This document shows, piece by piece, positions 26,647 to 40,633 of a stretch of DNA of 64,000 nt. Each line of letters opens with the position of its first letter. The stretch's first letter is position 1. The notes below the pieces were generated by a model. The model saw only the letters and a program-made list of their open reading frames with translations, did not search any database and was not told the origin of the DNA. Both the position numbers and the translations under genes were made by a program. This DNA is from the human T2T-CHM13v2.0 reference genome, Homo sapiens. Location of the stretch: assembly GCF_009914755.1 (NCBI RefSeq), contig NC_060947.1; one strand, given 5' to 3'.

Positions 26647-29044
26647 TCATAGTTTCCTAACATGGAAAAACAATAAAGTGAACACTGATATATGAAAAAG
26701 TGTGCTTTTAGATTAATAAGGCAAATTATTTGCTAATTTTATGTAGAGTTATTAGTGGTTGGAGATACATTATGGTGTCTTGAATTTCCATAAAATTTTC
26801 ATTTCACAGTAGGTATCTAGGCTTAGCCAACACTTTTGGCATGTCAACTTCTATTGAAGACATAAAGGGTCACATAAGTGAGCAAAAAGACATATAAACA
26901 ATTCAAATTGAGGAATGGGGTAATTATTCTCTTCTTGACCCAAGATGGATATGATTATTATATATTATATGTGTCTATGTATATACATGTATGTACATAT
27001 AATATATATATTAAAAGCTGTGTGAAATTCATGAGAGAATGTAAATTTGGGACCCCCCCCCCCACAACATTCCATTTCCTCTTATAAACTGGCCCATTCT
27101 CCAGTTATACTTTACCCCTTTTCATACGTGATGGCTATTTAACAATAGATTTAAAACATGACAAGTTAACAGTCATAGAATGTCAAAACTGGAATGAATT
27201 TTGGAGACTATCTAGTAAAGCCTATTTTTCACATGAGGAAGCAAGCTCAGAGAGGGGCAATAACTTGCTACTCTGATCATCTAGCTAGTCAGCAGGAGAC
27301 CTAGGCCTAAAGTTTTTTATTTTTCAGAACCACATATGGCTAGAGAAAGAAGCTGAAGACCTCAGTCATCCATCCCTGTGCCTTTAGGCTCAACAATGGC
27401 CACCACATAAAGGATGATATTGTGCAACTCCTCAGGGACAGAGATGCTACTACCTCTTTCAGTCATTCATCCCAGTGTTTTATGCCTCTGCTTAAAACCT
27501 ACCTAAACACTCTTCACTCTTTTGGGAAATTTACTTACCTCTTAGCTTTTGGTTCCAGGATGAATATCACTAATAGGCGTTAGTCTGCTCAATTAAATTC
27601 AATAAATATGAATCAATCTCTTACTATATGTAAGCATCGTGATATGAAATACGGGAAATAAATCCTTTATTAAGCCCTATCTTCTGCCTCTTTAAGGAAG
27701 TGAGGCATTAAAAGACTAGAAAGTAGCCAAGGATTTAGAAAGGGTAAAGGGTAATAAGCCAATGCAAACCTAGCAGCCAAACAGACTATTTGGTGACAAA
27801 TTTGAAAACAACAAAATGACTGTTTGTTGACTTCTCCCCTAATTTTGGACACACTGGATATCTTCCTGTTGGGGTTAAGGATGTAAGACGAGAAATTTTT
27901 CTGTAACTCAAAGCTGAGATGCAGAGTGCAGATGGGACATTTCAGCTTGAGCTGTGCTGGAGTGGTAGGAATGGGGTTGGAGGAGAGGTCACAGCACACA
28001 TATTCACAACATTTGGGTGGCTTAGGAGCAAGGAGGGATGCTGAGCCCCTAATGGCTCCCAGCTGTGCTGGCACAGTTGAAGTGATCATTTTGTCACGGC
28101 AAAATGATTTCTTAGGAAGAAACACACAACTAGGAAGTTGAGTACCAAGAGTAAAGCTGAAATGGTCCCCGCATGACCCCACTTCTGAGCCAAAACCTTC
28201 CATTAAGCAAAGCAGCTTCTCTAGGAAGTGTGTTCTCTTAGCTTAGTCTTAAGGGACTTCTCATTGTCCTTACTTCATCCTCCTTCCCAGAGACCTCTGA
28301 GCGGGAGGGGGCATACAGTTACAAGTCCTGTAGCCCTGCACAAGGCACTCTATGTGACTCCCTTTGCACCTACCACATCCAAATTCAGCATTTTTTTTAC
28401 ACAGGTGAAATTTACTGACAATAAACATGGAGGTCCAGGGTAAACCGCAGGAACCTCAGTAAAATGAAAAGCTGCCCAGAAAACCAGCAGCCAGAATAGT
28501 GGAAACACTTTCAAAAGTGCTACGTGCAATCTAGCAGTAGTGAGGGGGTAGGGGTGTGGACACCTACAAGTGAGGTCAGGCCTGCAGTAGGTATATTATG
28601 AATAAGTCCAGGGTCTAAATAGTCCCAGAAAGCTCAGGGGCTAATTTGCACAGAACTGCTATTCAGGAACTGAGGGTTTTGTGAGCTAGTCCAAGTAGTC
28701 GTTATCTTACTTAGAAAATTGAACCATCCCCCAGATGGAGCATTTATAGGTGGACTTAGGCTCAGGGACTAATGTTGCACCAGCCTCTCAAGAAGTCCAC
28801 TTTTCCTACTGGGGAGTTTCAATTCTGCATGAAGATTTTATTATCAATAAAATAGTCTCTTCCTTCCTAACCCATCCAAGGAAAGCTCAATATGGAGAAT
28901 AGAATAGGATCTTAGGCCCAACCTCCACTTCCAAACTGGGCCACCAAATCACTGTGTAATCATTTTCTCACTTTAACCTTCAGGATTCTGCTAGGAGACT
29001 CAAGGCACAGATCCCGAACTGCTTTTTTGGGAAGAATTTATATA

Positions 29045-29425
29045 TCTATGCAACGGAATACTGTTCAGCAATAAGATGGAATAAATTGATACATGCTACA
29101 ACATGGATGACTCTTGAGAACATTATGCTAAGAAAAAGAAGCCAGTTACTTTTATGATTCCATTTTAAGTGAAATGTACAGAATAGGCAGTTCTGGATAG
29201 AAACCAAAAGTACATTAGTGGTTGGCTGCAGCAGGGGTGGGGGTAGGGTGGAGGGATTACTCCCTTCAAATGTGCACAAGGGATCTTATTGAAGTGATGC
29301 AGCTCTTCTACAACTGGGTTGTGGTAATGTTTGCACAACTTTAAATTTACTAAAAATCATTGCTTTGTATACTTAAAACAGGTGAGTTTCACAATATATA
29401 AATTGCACTTCGATAAAGCTGTTAA
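29045..29425 (+). mobile_element. Old L1M 3'UTR
   Basis: atgcaacggaatactgttcagcaataa...acatggatgactcttgagaacattatgctaag...gataaagctgttaaa. Confidence 0.7.
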
Positions 29426-31389
29426 AGTTTGTTAATGCATAATTTAAAATAAATAGGACAGTTGGAGAAAAGACTATGGGCCTATTCAACTCTCTTCAAT
29501 TGTGTAAACAGTGGAAAACACTTAGGACTACTCACATGGGGTGATATAGTCTCTGGGAAGAAAAGGAAATTCTTGAGCAGACTAGGCCAAAACTACTATA
29601 CCTAGGTGTTGCATTCAGCTGGTGGTTGGAAATTTCTATTAGCACAGAGAGAAAAGTGTTTCTTTCCTTACGGTTCCCTCATATGCTGTCACCCAAGCCT
29701 GTATATTCTGCTTCTAATGTCTTCCCTTATCTGCCTTTCCCTTCCATTCCTACTACCATAATTTTAATCCAGAGCCTCATCACCCTCCCACTCTCAACCA
29801 GACAATGTAGTAAAATGGCCCCAGGGGAATGTATTCTAGAGGGGAAGACTAGGCAATGGCAATGGTAGCGAAGGCTGAACTTAAAACTTGACAGGAGAGC
29901 TGACAGATCTTGTGCAGGTGCCCTTTTTTCCTCACAGCTGACAGTGCAAATTCCCATGAGGCTTTACTCCTTTTTAGTCAGGGATTAGATGTGTCTGATT
30001 TTAAGACACTATTGTAGGTAGATATGAGTCAGTAAGGAAAAACGCCAGAGGTGGGTAGGAGGGGAGAGTGGCTGGAGGGAGCTGGAGAAGAGATTTTCTG
30101 TGGGAATTTGGCAGGCAGATTTCAGCCTAAAAATCCTACCGGCAGTCTTATGATCACACTGTAACTCAGTATAAGTTAGACCTTATAATTTATGAAGACT
30201 ATATATGTTGAGCTCCAGGAGAATAGAAAAGTCCAGGAGCACATGGTCTCAGGTAATATACCTGTGTATTCAGAAAGCTAGGACAACAGCTGAGGCCAAT
30301 AGACGGCTGGAGAAATTAAGAAGAACTTTCCTCTGGAGGGTATGGGCAGATGATCTGGCATTGAACAATTGCAAGACATTCATAATTCCTGTCATCTGAA
30401 GAGGCTCCTTAAAACACAGCAAAGAAGTGGCAAGTGGGAGGAGGGGAACTCAATCCTGCCCAAGAATGGGGCGGCGGGGGGCCGGGGGGGCGCCAAGGCG
30501 GCGAGGGGCGGAGCTTGACTGGAGTCAGTTTGTTAAACTATCAGTGGTGTTTGCAGGCATGGAGGCTTACGAAGGCAAAAGCCTTCAACACGAGAAAGGA
30601 AAAAGACAGAAAATATCAGGTTAATCGTGTTGCTTCCATTTTGGAGACTTCAGAAAATAGCCCCAGTTAAGTGTGCAGCTACATGGCATGCCAAGGGACA
30701 AGATGTCTGTAAGTTTCGCTGCAAACCAGGATCTCAACCTTGCCAATGAGGTGGGGGAGGCCAACGGCTCATCTGGCCTTCCTGAGCCAATTCAGAGAGG
30801 CCCAGCTCTGTCTCTCAGCTTTCCTGATGGGAGGCCAGAGAACTTTGACGTGGTTCTTGACCACAGGCTTGGCCTCCACTCTGGCTGGGAAGGAATCCAC
30901 AGCTTTTGGAGGAGGCTCAGATGGTGGTCCAGAACCTTGTTTTTTTCTCCTGCTCCCCACAAGAGGCCCCTTCTCCAACCATTCCAATCTATGGTAACCT
31001 CCCCTTCTTCAAAAATTCTACATGATTTACTGTCCATATGACTGAAAATAGCATTTCATACATCCAACATTCATTTCTTTTTTAACTATTTGATAGCTCA
31101 ATATCCATCTCCCCAACTAGAATGGGAGTGCCTCACCACAGGCCATGTCTGTGTCTTGCACCAAGGCTGGCATAGAGTAAGTGTTCAGTAAATATTTCTC
31201 TAGTGACCCTCCCTTTGGGCTTAATAAGATTAAGCAAACACCATGCTCTCAAACGGGAGAGTGTGGAACAATTAATGGAAGTGTGGCATCAACACAGTGA
31301 AGAGGAATATGAGAACTGACTGGAGGGAAGCTACCTATTTTGGTGAAAACAGGGGACACAAACAACTAACTCTATCTATCTCCCTGATA

Positions 31390-31700
31390 TGACAGCATGA
31401 TAGAGTGAAAACTTATGCAGGCTTTGCAGTCAAACGTGGATGCAAATCCGAGCTTGTTAGCAGTCTGACCCTGAGCAAATACTTACCTTCTCTTAAAGAC
31501 ACAGTTTCTTTTTATATAAAGATATATAATGGGCATGTATCTACTGCTATTTTTTAAACTAGGAAATCAGAATTGCATCAAAGTAACTTTTAACATGCCT
31601 ACTTTGCTAAGCCATGGTAAATAAGGGTGAAGTAAAATAATGTATAGAAAACTTCAAACACAGTATCTGGCCCATAGTACGCATGTCATGACTGTTGATT
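31390..31700 (+). mobile_element. MIR SINE (degenerate)
   Basis: gatgcaaatccgagc...tgaccctgagcaaatacttacc...cacagtatctggcccatagtac. Confidence 0.55.
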
Positions 31701-33369
31701 CTTTTTCCTACCCATCCCCACTGTTCAGCCTCTCTCTCTGATTTTCTCTCACTTTAGAAGGGCTATTGTTTGCCTTAGAGGCAAAATGCCGTGGTTGTTA
31801 AGACTTTTTCCTTCCCTGCTAATCCATCTAGGATTCAATCCACAGAATTTGGAGGATGAAGGCAAAGGACAATGGACTGAGCCAAGATAGAGGGGGAAGG
31901 ATATGTCTAAAGACAGCCAGTACAGGAAACACTGTCTGCTTGGTGCACTTCTGGGGAATGGCTTCATGTTGGCTTGCAATTTTGCTGCCCATCGGATCTC
32001 CTCCCACCTCCTCCACCTCACCCCTATCAATCATCCCTTTTCTCTTCTGTGTCTTCAACCTCTTCTTCTTTACCATCTACTTCTTAGCCTATAAATATGT
32101 TCAAGTCTGTCCTATTTCAGAAAGACACCTACCCAATACACCTCTCTTAATTTCCTGCTTCCTTTTTAGCTACTTTTGCCCTATTGACATCTTTTCCTTC
32201 ATATCCAAGCATCAGAAAAGAGGGATGCCCCTTATTTATCACCATCCATTCATAAGAGTGGCTCCCAGACAACGTATCTCTATTTTTCTCCATGTATTTT
32301 TGCAAATAAAAAAAAAAGCCTGTCTGCATACCAAAGTATTGGTTAATGAATTCTGCTCATTTCCTAGATTTTTCTTGCAGGTCAGCTAAGTGATCCGCTG
32401 GAATGTCAATAACTGCAGACACAGAAAGGCAGGAGGAGTGTAATTTTCCTTCAGACAGAGCGAACTTCTCCCAGTCTCATACTTTCAATGGTTGTCATTC
32501 TTTATAGGCAAAAACTAAGAGATATCCTTTGAGTTGCATAGTAAACAAGTCTTGATGTAACCAGTGTATCTTGACACCACATGGTAGCAACGTGCATAAA
32601 CAGAAGTAGCTCTTGGCAGAACTCCATTTAGGAATTTAAGCTGTGGAAATTGCAACTAAAAGTGATAGTTGGTAAAAGGGTTACTTGAGGGAGGCAAACA
32701 TTGAGATGATGCCTGAGATGGTTCCATAATAGTACACAGAAAGGAACCTCATTAAATAGGACCTGAATGTCTTCAGGATATTATGAAGTTCCAAGAACTT
32801 GCATTTCACAACATCCTTCTGTGGCCTATATACCTCATCACCTACATTGAGAAGGAGTTTAGGTACAATATCCTTCTATCCAGTTATACCCTTTAGGTAT
32901 AGCAAGGTTGCAATTTATTCTCCAGACTCCATCATCCTATTGTTTTATACACTGAGCTCCTGCTCATGTAGGACTAGTGAAAGGGTTCTGAAACTTGCTT
33001 TAGAGACACAACATACAGATGATGCACAGAGAACCACAACAACTATTAATAGTTACTACTAATAGGTGGTGAAAGACCTACAATTCTACTTGAAGCCCAC
33101 TTGTCCAGTTGTGGGATGATACAGATGACAGTGTCCATAGAGCAGCAAAGAAGCCTTCTTGCCCCCATGAAAAATTCATCTTCTCCCTTTAAAATTTGTC
33201 TCATTTATGCTCACTTTATAAGGAGTTTTTCTCCTCACTGGTCTGAAATTACATTTAAATTGTTATGACAGGTAACTCAGTAAAGAGGCAAGAGCATAGT
33301 TGCTTTTTGTGTTACCATATTTACTCAAATGAACTTCCAAGAGAAAATAAGGTTGGCATATCTCTCTGT

Positions 33370-33850
33370 TTTTTGTACAGAAATATTCATAGCATCTTTA
33401 TGTGTAACAGTAAAAAATACTAAAACCAACCCCAATGCCCTTTAGTGGGTGACTAGATGAACAAATTTTGGCATATCCTTATCATAAATTACTACTCACC
33501 AGTAAAAACAAAACAACTATTGATACACAGAACACCTTGAATGGATCTTAGATTAATTTGCTTAAGGTTAAATAGCTAATCTCAAAAAGGTACAGTGTAT
33601 TTTTTTGTTGTTTTTTCTAAGTAAATCTGTCAAAATTTGACTAAAATTCAGGACTCCAAGCTAGAGCCAGGAGCACAGATCCATGGAACTTTCATTATAA
33701 AGTTTTCTTTATGTGAGGTGATGAATACGTTAATTTACCTGATTGTGGTAATTATTTCACAATGTATATGTATATCAAAACATCACATTGAACACCATAA
33801 CATACACAATTTTTATTTGTTAATTATATTTCAATAAAGCTGAAAAAAAA
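33370..33850 (+). mobile_element. Old L1M 3'UTR fragments
   Basis: aaatattcatagcatctttat...gtatatcaaaacatcacattg...tttcaataaagctgaaaaaa. Confidence 0.6.
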
Positions 33851-33978
33851 AGAAAGGAAGGAAGGAAGGTTAACTTCTAAATTGGTCTACACAGTAGGCT
33901 TTGTAAGTGAAACAGTGGATCACGTAGAAGTATGATGAAGGAGGTCAAGGAGACAGAATGTGTAAAATAGAAAGTTAC

Positions 33979-34143
33979 CTGGGGACGTTTCCACACCACC
34001 TTTCCAGGAAGCAGTCGGTTGTAGAAAAGAGAATCATTCTCAGGCAGAAATGTTGGATCACAGAAAAGTCTGCTGTCTTTGATGCATTCCTGCTTCAGTT
34101 CCTGGTATTTCTGGTTTTTGAAGAGCTTCAGAGGAGGACCCAT
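33979..34143 (-). CDS. CAPN6: Calpain-6 exon 2, first coding exon (aa 1-55); the exon starts at 34158 with 15 nt of UTR
   Basis: ATG at 34143, MGPPLK...VVWKRPQ, acceptor ttctAG at 34159-34160, donor GTAACT; 165 nt. Confidence 0.97.
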
Positions 34144-36371
34144 AGTGTTGAACTATGCCTAGAATGAGGAAAATTTTTGTCTTTGAAGGAAGAATTTCTC
34201 AGGTCTTTTAAGGGTTACCTGAGATTAGACAAACAGCCGTCATCCCAGTGACTTCTTCCCAGAGCTAGGCACTTCTAGTTTGGCTTTAAAGGAAATGTCA
34301 CCATTTTCAAAGAAAGAAGTGTCCACACTCCGCAACTAATTAGTATGGGGCCTTGGGTAAGGCACCTAACCATTTTGGGTCTCAGTTTCTTTATCTGTCA
34401 AATGGGGCAATATGGGCCTTAATCTTATTGGGGAAAAATCAATAATAAAAGTAAAGATTGTGAATTAAATGTGATTCATTATAATTTAAAGAGAAGTCTT
34501 CCATTTACACCAGCAGGGAGTAGTTCAAGGCAGAGAACAACTTGAAGATAAGGGAAAAATCACTTTACTGTAGTCAGAATAATTTGGTGCCCTGGAGAGT
34601 CGCACACTTTGTGCATGAGGGGAAAAGCAGCCTCTTTCCATTCCAGCAAGTCTTTTTACACAATTTCTTCCGTCTTGTCATTTAAAGAGCTTTGCATTTT
34701 TTATTATTGGCCAGGAAGACTACTGCAAGAAACAGCTCAGCAGATGGCCTCCAAAGACAAGGAAAGACAGAAAGATTGTATGGTCTTTCTTCTTAAAAGT
34801 CTAATGTATAATCCTTTGCCTGTGATAAAAGGCAGACTCTGAAATTCAATTACACTAATTTGGTGGGCTATAGATTGTTATCCCATGGCAATACACTCTT
34901 GCTTTCTTTTCTTTAAAAAAAAAAAAAGGAGGAAAAACAAAAACCTTACATGGCTAAACAGAGAATTCATATAGTGGCTCTTCAAGCAATGTCTATCAGA
35001 GTGCCCCACACTCAAGTGCTCTTAACAACTGGTTTTTAGGAAGATAATTTGAAAGGCAAATTTGATTTTCAATAGCTTTGGGGTGATAATAGGGTTTTCA
35101 GTGCTTTTTCTTGATTCACAAAGATTTGTAATGATTTTAATGATCCTCTCCTGGCATTCAACAGTAAATAAGAATGAGATTGTGAAATTTACATGGTGTC
35201 AACTATTTCAAAATGTATTTTAGAAATAACTAAAGTCTATATTCTATAATCACAGGAGGGTTGAAACAAAAAAAACCTGACTAAGCTACAGAATGTCTGC
35301 TAAAAAATAAGGAGAATACGTTAGCACTTTAAGGAGTATCTGTGTGGTATATCTGTGAGGCAGTCGCTGTTTTATAAAAAGTGAAATATTGATCAGACCT
35401 CTCTACTAGTTCATTTTATATCCTTTCAGTATCACATTGAAATGCCTCACTGGTAAAGAAGTTTCCCCATTTGAAAACCATAACAATTTTTAATTTAAAT
35501 GTTTGCAATGTTATTACAATGTTATTTGCAATGTATGTACAACAAACTTACCCTTTCTCTGAATCCAAGGAATAAGAAGCTGAGAATAACCACATTTTTT
35601 TCATAGCCTTATTTATTGGCAATTGCTTTTAAAATTGAGAGCTGTGGGGACACTGCAAAATACTGATGTCCCTTTTTTCATCAGATTTGTCTGCTCATGT
35701 GTTTTAAATATTAAAGTGTACTTCATTGTATTTGAAAGCATGGATGGTATCAGTAAAAATTTTTAGTTATGCAGCATCAGAGCCAACCTGAATGTTTGCC
35801 CAGACTCCTTTCTGGAGGCTGTTACAAATGGATCCCAATTTTCTTGTGTGCTCAAACTTACAACAAACACTACTGCGCCTCTTGCTTTCCCTAGAAGGTT
35901 TGGTGAATTGCCAGAGCCTGGGGACTGTAAATGTGGAAAAGCCTGGGGCAATTAGAATATTTAGTTTGCCAGAACCTCCTAGTCCCTGGACATTCTGGAT
36001 AAATGAGTATTTCCTGTTCTGCCTTCAAAGGTCTTCCTTACTACTCGGTCAAATGGCAAGGCAGGCAAGATCCTGCAAAAGGAATCCCTGTTATAAAGAG
36101 GGCCTGTGTACAGACAGAAGTAGCACCAATTGAAAGGAAAATCAGGTTTGATTTTTAAAGCCCATGTGATCCCAATAGACTCTTTCAGAGGCAGAATGTA
36201 CAGCTCACATGGATAGATTACAGCTTGACGGAACACCTTTTGGGTCAGGGTGCCTGTGTTCTGGGGACACACAGTAAATAAAGAAGAGCAGACTATGAGC
36301 CTGAACTTCCACTACAGTACAACTGTAGTCCCAAGTCCTCTCGGACTTGGAGAGTAGAAGTGACCTTCATG

Positions 36372-36465
36372 TGGAGGTTGCAGTGAGCCGAGATCGTGCC
36401 ATTGCACTCCAGCCTGGGCAACAGAGCGAGACTCCGTCTCAAAAAAAAAAAAAAAAAAAAAAAAA
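36372..36465 (+). mobile_element. Severely 5'-truncated Alu with a pure A25 tail
   Basis: ggaggttgcagtgagccgagatcgtgccattgcactccagcctgggcaacagagcgagactccgtctc + A25; imperfect TSD aagtgaccttcat / aagtgacccgcat. Confidence 0.9.
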
Positions 36466-39400
36466 GTGACCCGCATTTCTGACTGGGCAACAGAACTGTG
36501 ATCCATTTGCTCTGTGACCTTGTTCTCTTTGTGCCTCAAATTTTTCATCAGGAAAGTGAGGTTATCTACCCTGCCCCTCTTACACCATGGGTGTACCTAA
36601 TGAGATGGTTGGTGTAAGAGGAATTTTGAATAAGTAGAAAGTGATCCATAAATGCAAAATATACACTGAAGCCCTCTCATTGCCTAGCATTGAGCTGGGC
36701 ACACAAATATTGTTCAGAAAATGTTTGTTGAACAGATAAATGTCTTATGTGGAGAATTAGTGATTGCATGGCAATTTCTTGTTTGAAATGTGCATTTTAC
36801 ATTTTAGTTCGGGTTCTCATCATAGCAGTCATGTTTAATGAGATTATCTGTGCCCTTCATTTTGTATCTGCAGAAATGGCAGCTCAGAGAAGCAGTAGCT
36901 AGAAAATGGCAGAGTTAACTCAAATCCAGGTTCTGTGCAATGCCAGATTCAGTGTGCAGCTTTCCATCACACCACACTGCTTCTTTTGGTCACTGCCTTC
37001 TTAGAGAAAGGATTTTTTAGTTCAAATGAGGAAATCCTCCAAAGCAAACATGATACTCAACTTTGAGGCATTCTGCCTAGAATTTATTGCCATGGTAGAC
37101 ATTGAAAAGGTTCTTTATTTTCATGGTTTGATGTTCATGGGAGAATCTGAACTCTTTACATCGGCGGGTTCATCATTTAAACATCAGAATACTTTTGGAA
37201 ACCCAGAAATTTGTAAGTTGAGTTTGTCATAAACAACTTACTCTGTTGGAACGGATGAGTGCAGAGAAGGGAACACTCCCTCCTTTCTGTTCTATTGCAC
37301 CCGATGGCGATGGGGAAGGGAGAGCCCTTACGTTAAAGATCACATATTAGGAAAGTCGGGAGACAAGATAAAAGTTAGGGCTTTGAGTATAAACCCAGGG
37401 ATTTGAATATAAACCAAGGAGAGCCTCTAGCTAACAAAGGCAATGTGGACATTTGAGAAGAGGGACCCTGTGGCCTGAGGGCTAGTGGAATGAGCGGTTG
37501 GGTGAGGCAGAGTGTGGTGGGGCTTAGCATTGAGGTAATGGTCTTAGGCAATATTATTATAATTCAGATCCACCACTTTGAGAAAGAATATGAGGACAAC
37601 CGTGTCTGCCAAGGCAAAGGATAGGAGCGGGCCCAGAGTGCAGAAAGTTGAGAATTGCCAGGGAAGTTGAGGGAGACTGCCACGTAGAATACAAGGCTGC
37701 AGTTTAAAGAGAGAGGTATTTTTTTTCTACTCACTGGACTGGAAAGCTTGAGGAAGCTAGGCAAGTCGTGAAAGCAAAATCTCTTGCTTCTTAACCTGCG
37801 GGTTAGCCTTAGAGCAAAAAGCATATTTTGCTCTAAAAAAATCTGATAAAATACATCCTGTCTGTGGTTCACAAGCCACTTTGGATTTAGGTGAGTGGGA
37901 GAGAACATGAGGGAACTTAATGGGGAGAGGGAGAGAGGGCATGGCTGAGGCATTGTTCCTGCCTAGTTTCTCCTTTTCCTCAGTTTCATCCCTGTTCTGT
38001 ACTTGGAGCAAAAATCAAGATAAAATCAATAAAAGTTTGCAGACAAATTGAATACAGAAGACCCAATTCTGCCCTGGCATGAAGTAGGCACCACTTTTAC
38101 CCACAATCCACATCCCTTATCCCCACACCTGGGGGGTGGTATGGTGAGAGAAAAGGGACTTGGATAGGAAAAAGTAATACAAATTCAGCATCCACATGGT
38201 ATACAGAGAATAGTGCTTTTCATAGGTACACAGGCAGAGTCATAGCTTACATACATGGGCACGCATTTAACCACAGGACTTATGTATGGCTGTTCAGATT
38301 CAAACTTCTAACCAGATATTCTGGGTCTAAAAAGGACCACAGAGATCCTCTGATCCAGCCCACTGCCTTATATAGGATGTACCTACTGGCCCAGAGAGAA
38401 GAGTCTGTTCAAAGCCATTCAAAGGAAAAAAAAGAGGACACAATTTTAATTCGGTTGCTCAATAACTCTATCAAAAAATAAAAAGCAATTCAAAATGATA
38501 AAAGGAACACAGGTGGTTACAAGATCCAGAAACAAATCCAAAATATCACCATTTAGTATACATAACATCTCAGTCCCTCAGTTTCCACATAGCACAATGG
38601 GAATATGTTAGCTTCCCTGTCTACTTCAGAGTGTTATTGGGAGAATGTAATGAAATTATGTATGTGAACATACTCTTTATTGTTAAAGATAAGGCTAAAG
38701 CAGGGCAGTAGTATTAGGAAGCACTTATTTTAACAAGTTAAATTTCTTTTCTGTCTTTAGGGGAAACTAATGAAATTTGATCATGTGCTTTAAATAAGAC
38801 ATGCACCAACATTTAAAAGACTAATATAAAAATTGCCCCTCCACCATTCTCTACACCTCCCTATTTCACCCCTCCTTTTTTGGCTGACTTGCCCTTTTGG
38901 CCGAATAAGCCCATCCTATATGTCTACTTTTCCAGCCTTTCAAGAATCAAATTCTGATTTTATAGAATGTTATGTTGGAAAGTCTGTTAGAAATCACTTA
39001 GTACAACTTCTTTCTTTTGTTGTAAGGTAAAGGCACTTGCCCAGGGTTATGTAGTTAGTGACAGAGCCCACACTAAAACTGGGACCTCCCAACGTTTTTT
39101 TTTAAACCACAATTTGTTGTAAGGTGGGGAGGAGGGCAAACATGCAGACACAATATGTCAAGCAAGACGTTGCTTTTAAAAATTCATATTGTACTCTTCT
39201 CACAAGAATGCACTTAGAAGTTTTGTTTTTGAATTGCAAGCTGTCAGAAGGTGAGATGATTTCAAATCAAGGCTAATCAAAGAAACACTGTTTTGGGGTC
39301 ACAAAGGGACTTTTTCTGCTTTTAATTTAGGAACTGAAAACTCCCAAGGATATGGAAAGCCTGCTTTTTAACCTATTCCTGACCATGTAAGTGTTTAGAC

Positions 39401-40576
39401 TTTTTCCCTAGACTGCTAGGGAGTCTAAGGACAAATAAAGAACGCTATTTGAATACAAAGTATTCACACACACCCAGGCACACACGTGCACATAAGCATG
39501 CTCACACACACACACAAACTTCCAGAGGAATAAAAGAGTTAATTAGCAGTCCACAAATAATTTTTTTGTTTATTACTTCAGACTGTAAAGTGTTCTTACT
39601 TTCACAATAAAGATTAGCAAATGAGGCATTAGCTGAATTTCAATACACCAATAATACAAACCAGGATGTTTTATCCTGAAGCCAGAAGTAATTGTTAGGA
39701 CAGCAGAATTTGCTGAGTTTTCCTATGTGCTTTTCAGCAAACTTACAGTTCCAAATCCTCAGAACCAATTGTTTCCATTACAATGCACCGCTCCTTTTTC
39801 CCGTCCCCCACCCAAAGCCAGTTCTGATCAAGTGGTCCAGTGAAGACCCTAGAACAGTGTACTTGGCCTGGGAGTGGAGGATGGAGCCCCATCTTGAAAT
39901 CAAAGTTTAAACCAAAGCTGGAATCAGAGGGGAACAAAGCCAGGCCAGAGGCTGAAAATGGAATAGCCAAGATCAACCTGTCACCAGGGCAGGAAGACCA
40001 CTGGCTGTGCAGACAGGGAGTTAAGATAGACTTGGCCACCACTTCCTCCTGTACAACACTGCACAGCCTGCTCACCCTCCTACCAGAGTTCACAGGCCTT
40101 TTGCACACAGTGTGGCTCCAAGATTTTGCTCGCATTTCAATAATTTTCCCACAGCTGTGGGTCAGCAGAAGCTAGAAGGAGGCCCTGAAAGGAGCCACGC
40201 TTCTCCCCCTCAACACCATCCCCTGTGATTTTTCCTCACTTACCAGGTATTTTGGGTAGCAGAAGGCAAACACATACACATGCACGCGTGTGTGCACACA
40301 CACAAAAAACTGACCAGATATCCCCAGAAAAGTTTCATTGCCAGACAACCACAATCATCACCCCACACACCCCTCAAAATAACCAACCAAAAATTCCATT
40401 ATTTTTGAAGTTCTCAAACTGCTATTAACGGGCACATATTTGATCCAGACAAGCCATAAAATATAGCTGTGGAGTTTGGTTAACTACAAAGTTGAAGTTT
40501 CTTCATCTTTCTTAGACGCTAAGTTATCCAGGAAATAAAACTCCAGGGTAAGTTTGCGAATTCCCTCTCTACTCAC

Positions 40577-40594
40577 CTGAGTTATCCCAGGAGC

Positions 40595-40633
<39 letters not shown>

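Noticed and set aside
27670-28203. 177-aa intronic minus-strand ORF (also 31856-32389 and the ORF cluster at 30673-31041)
   Set aside because: No recognisable homology; the CAPN6 reading frame is complete without them; lengths are compatible with chance.
40270-40303. Quasi-palindrome cacatgcacgcgtgtgtg in intron 1 (similar at 39465-39517 and 45980-46032)
   Set aside because: Self-complementarity is expected from decayed (CA)/(TG) microsatellites; too short for a pre-miRNA.
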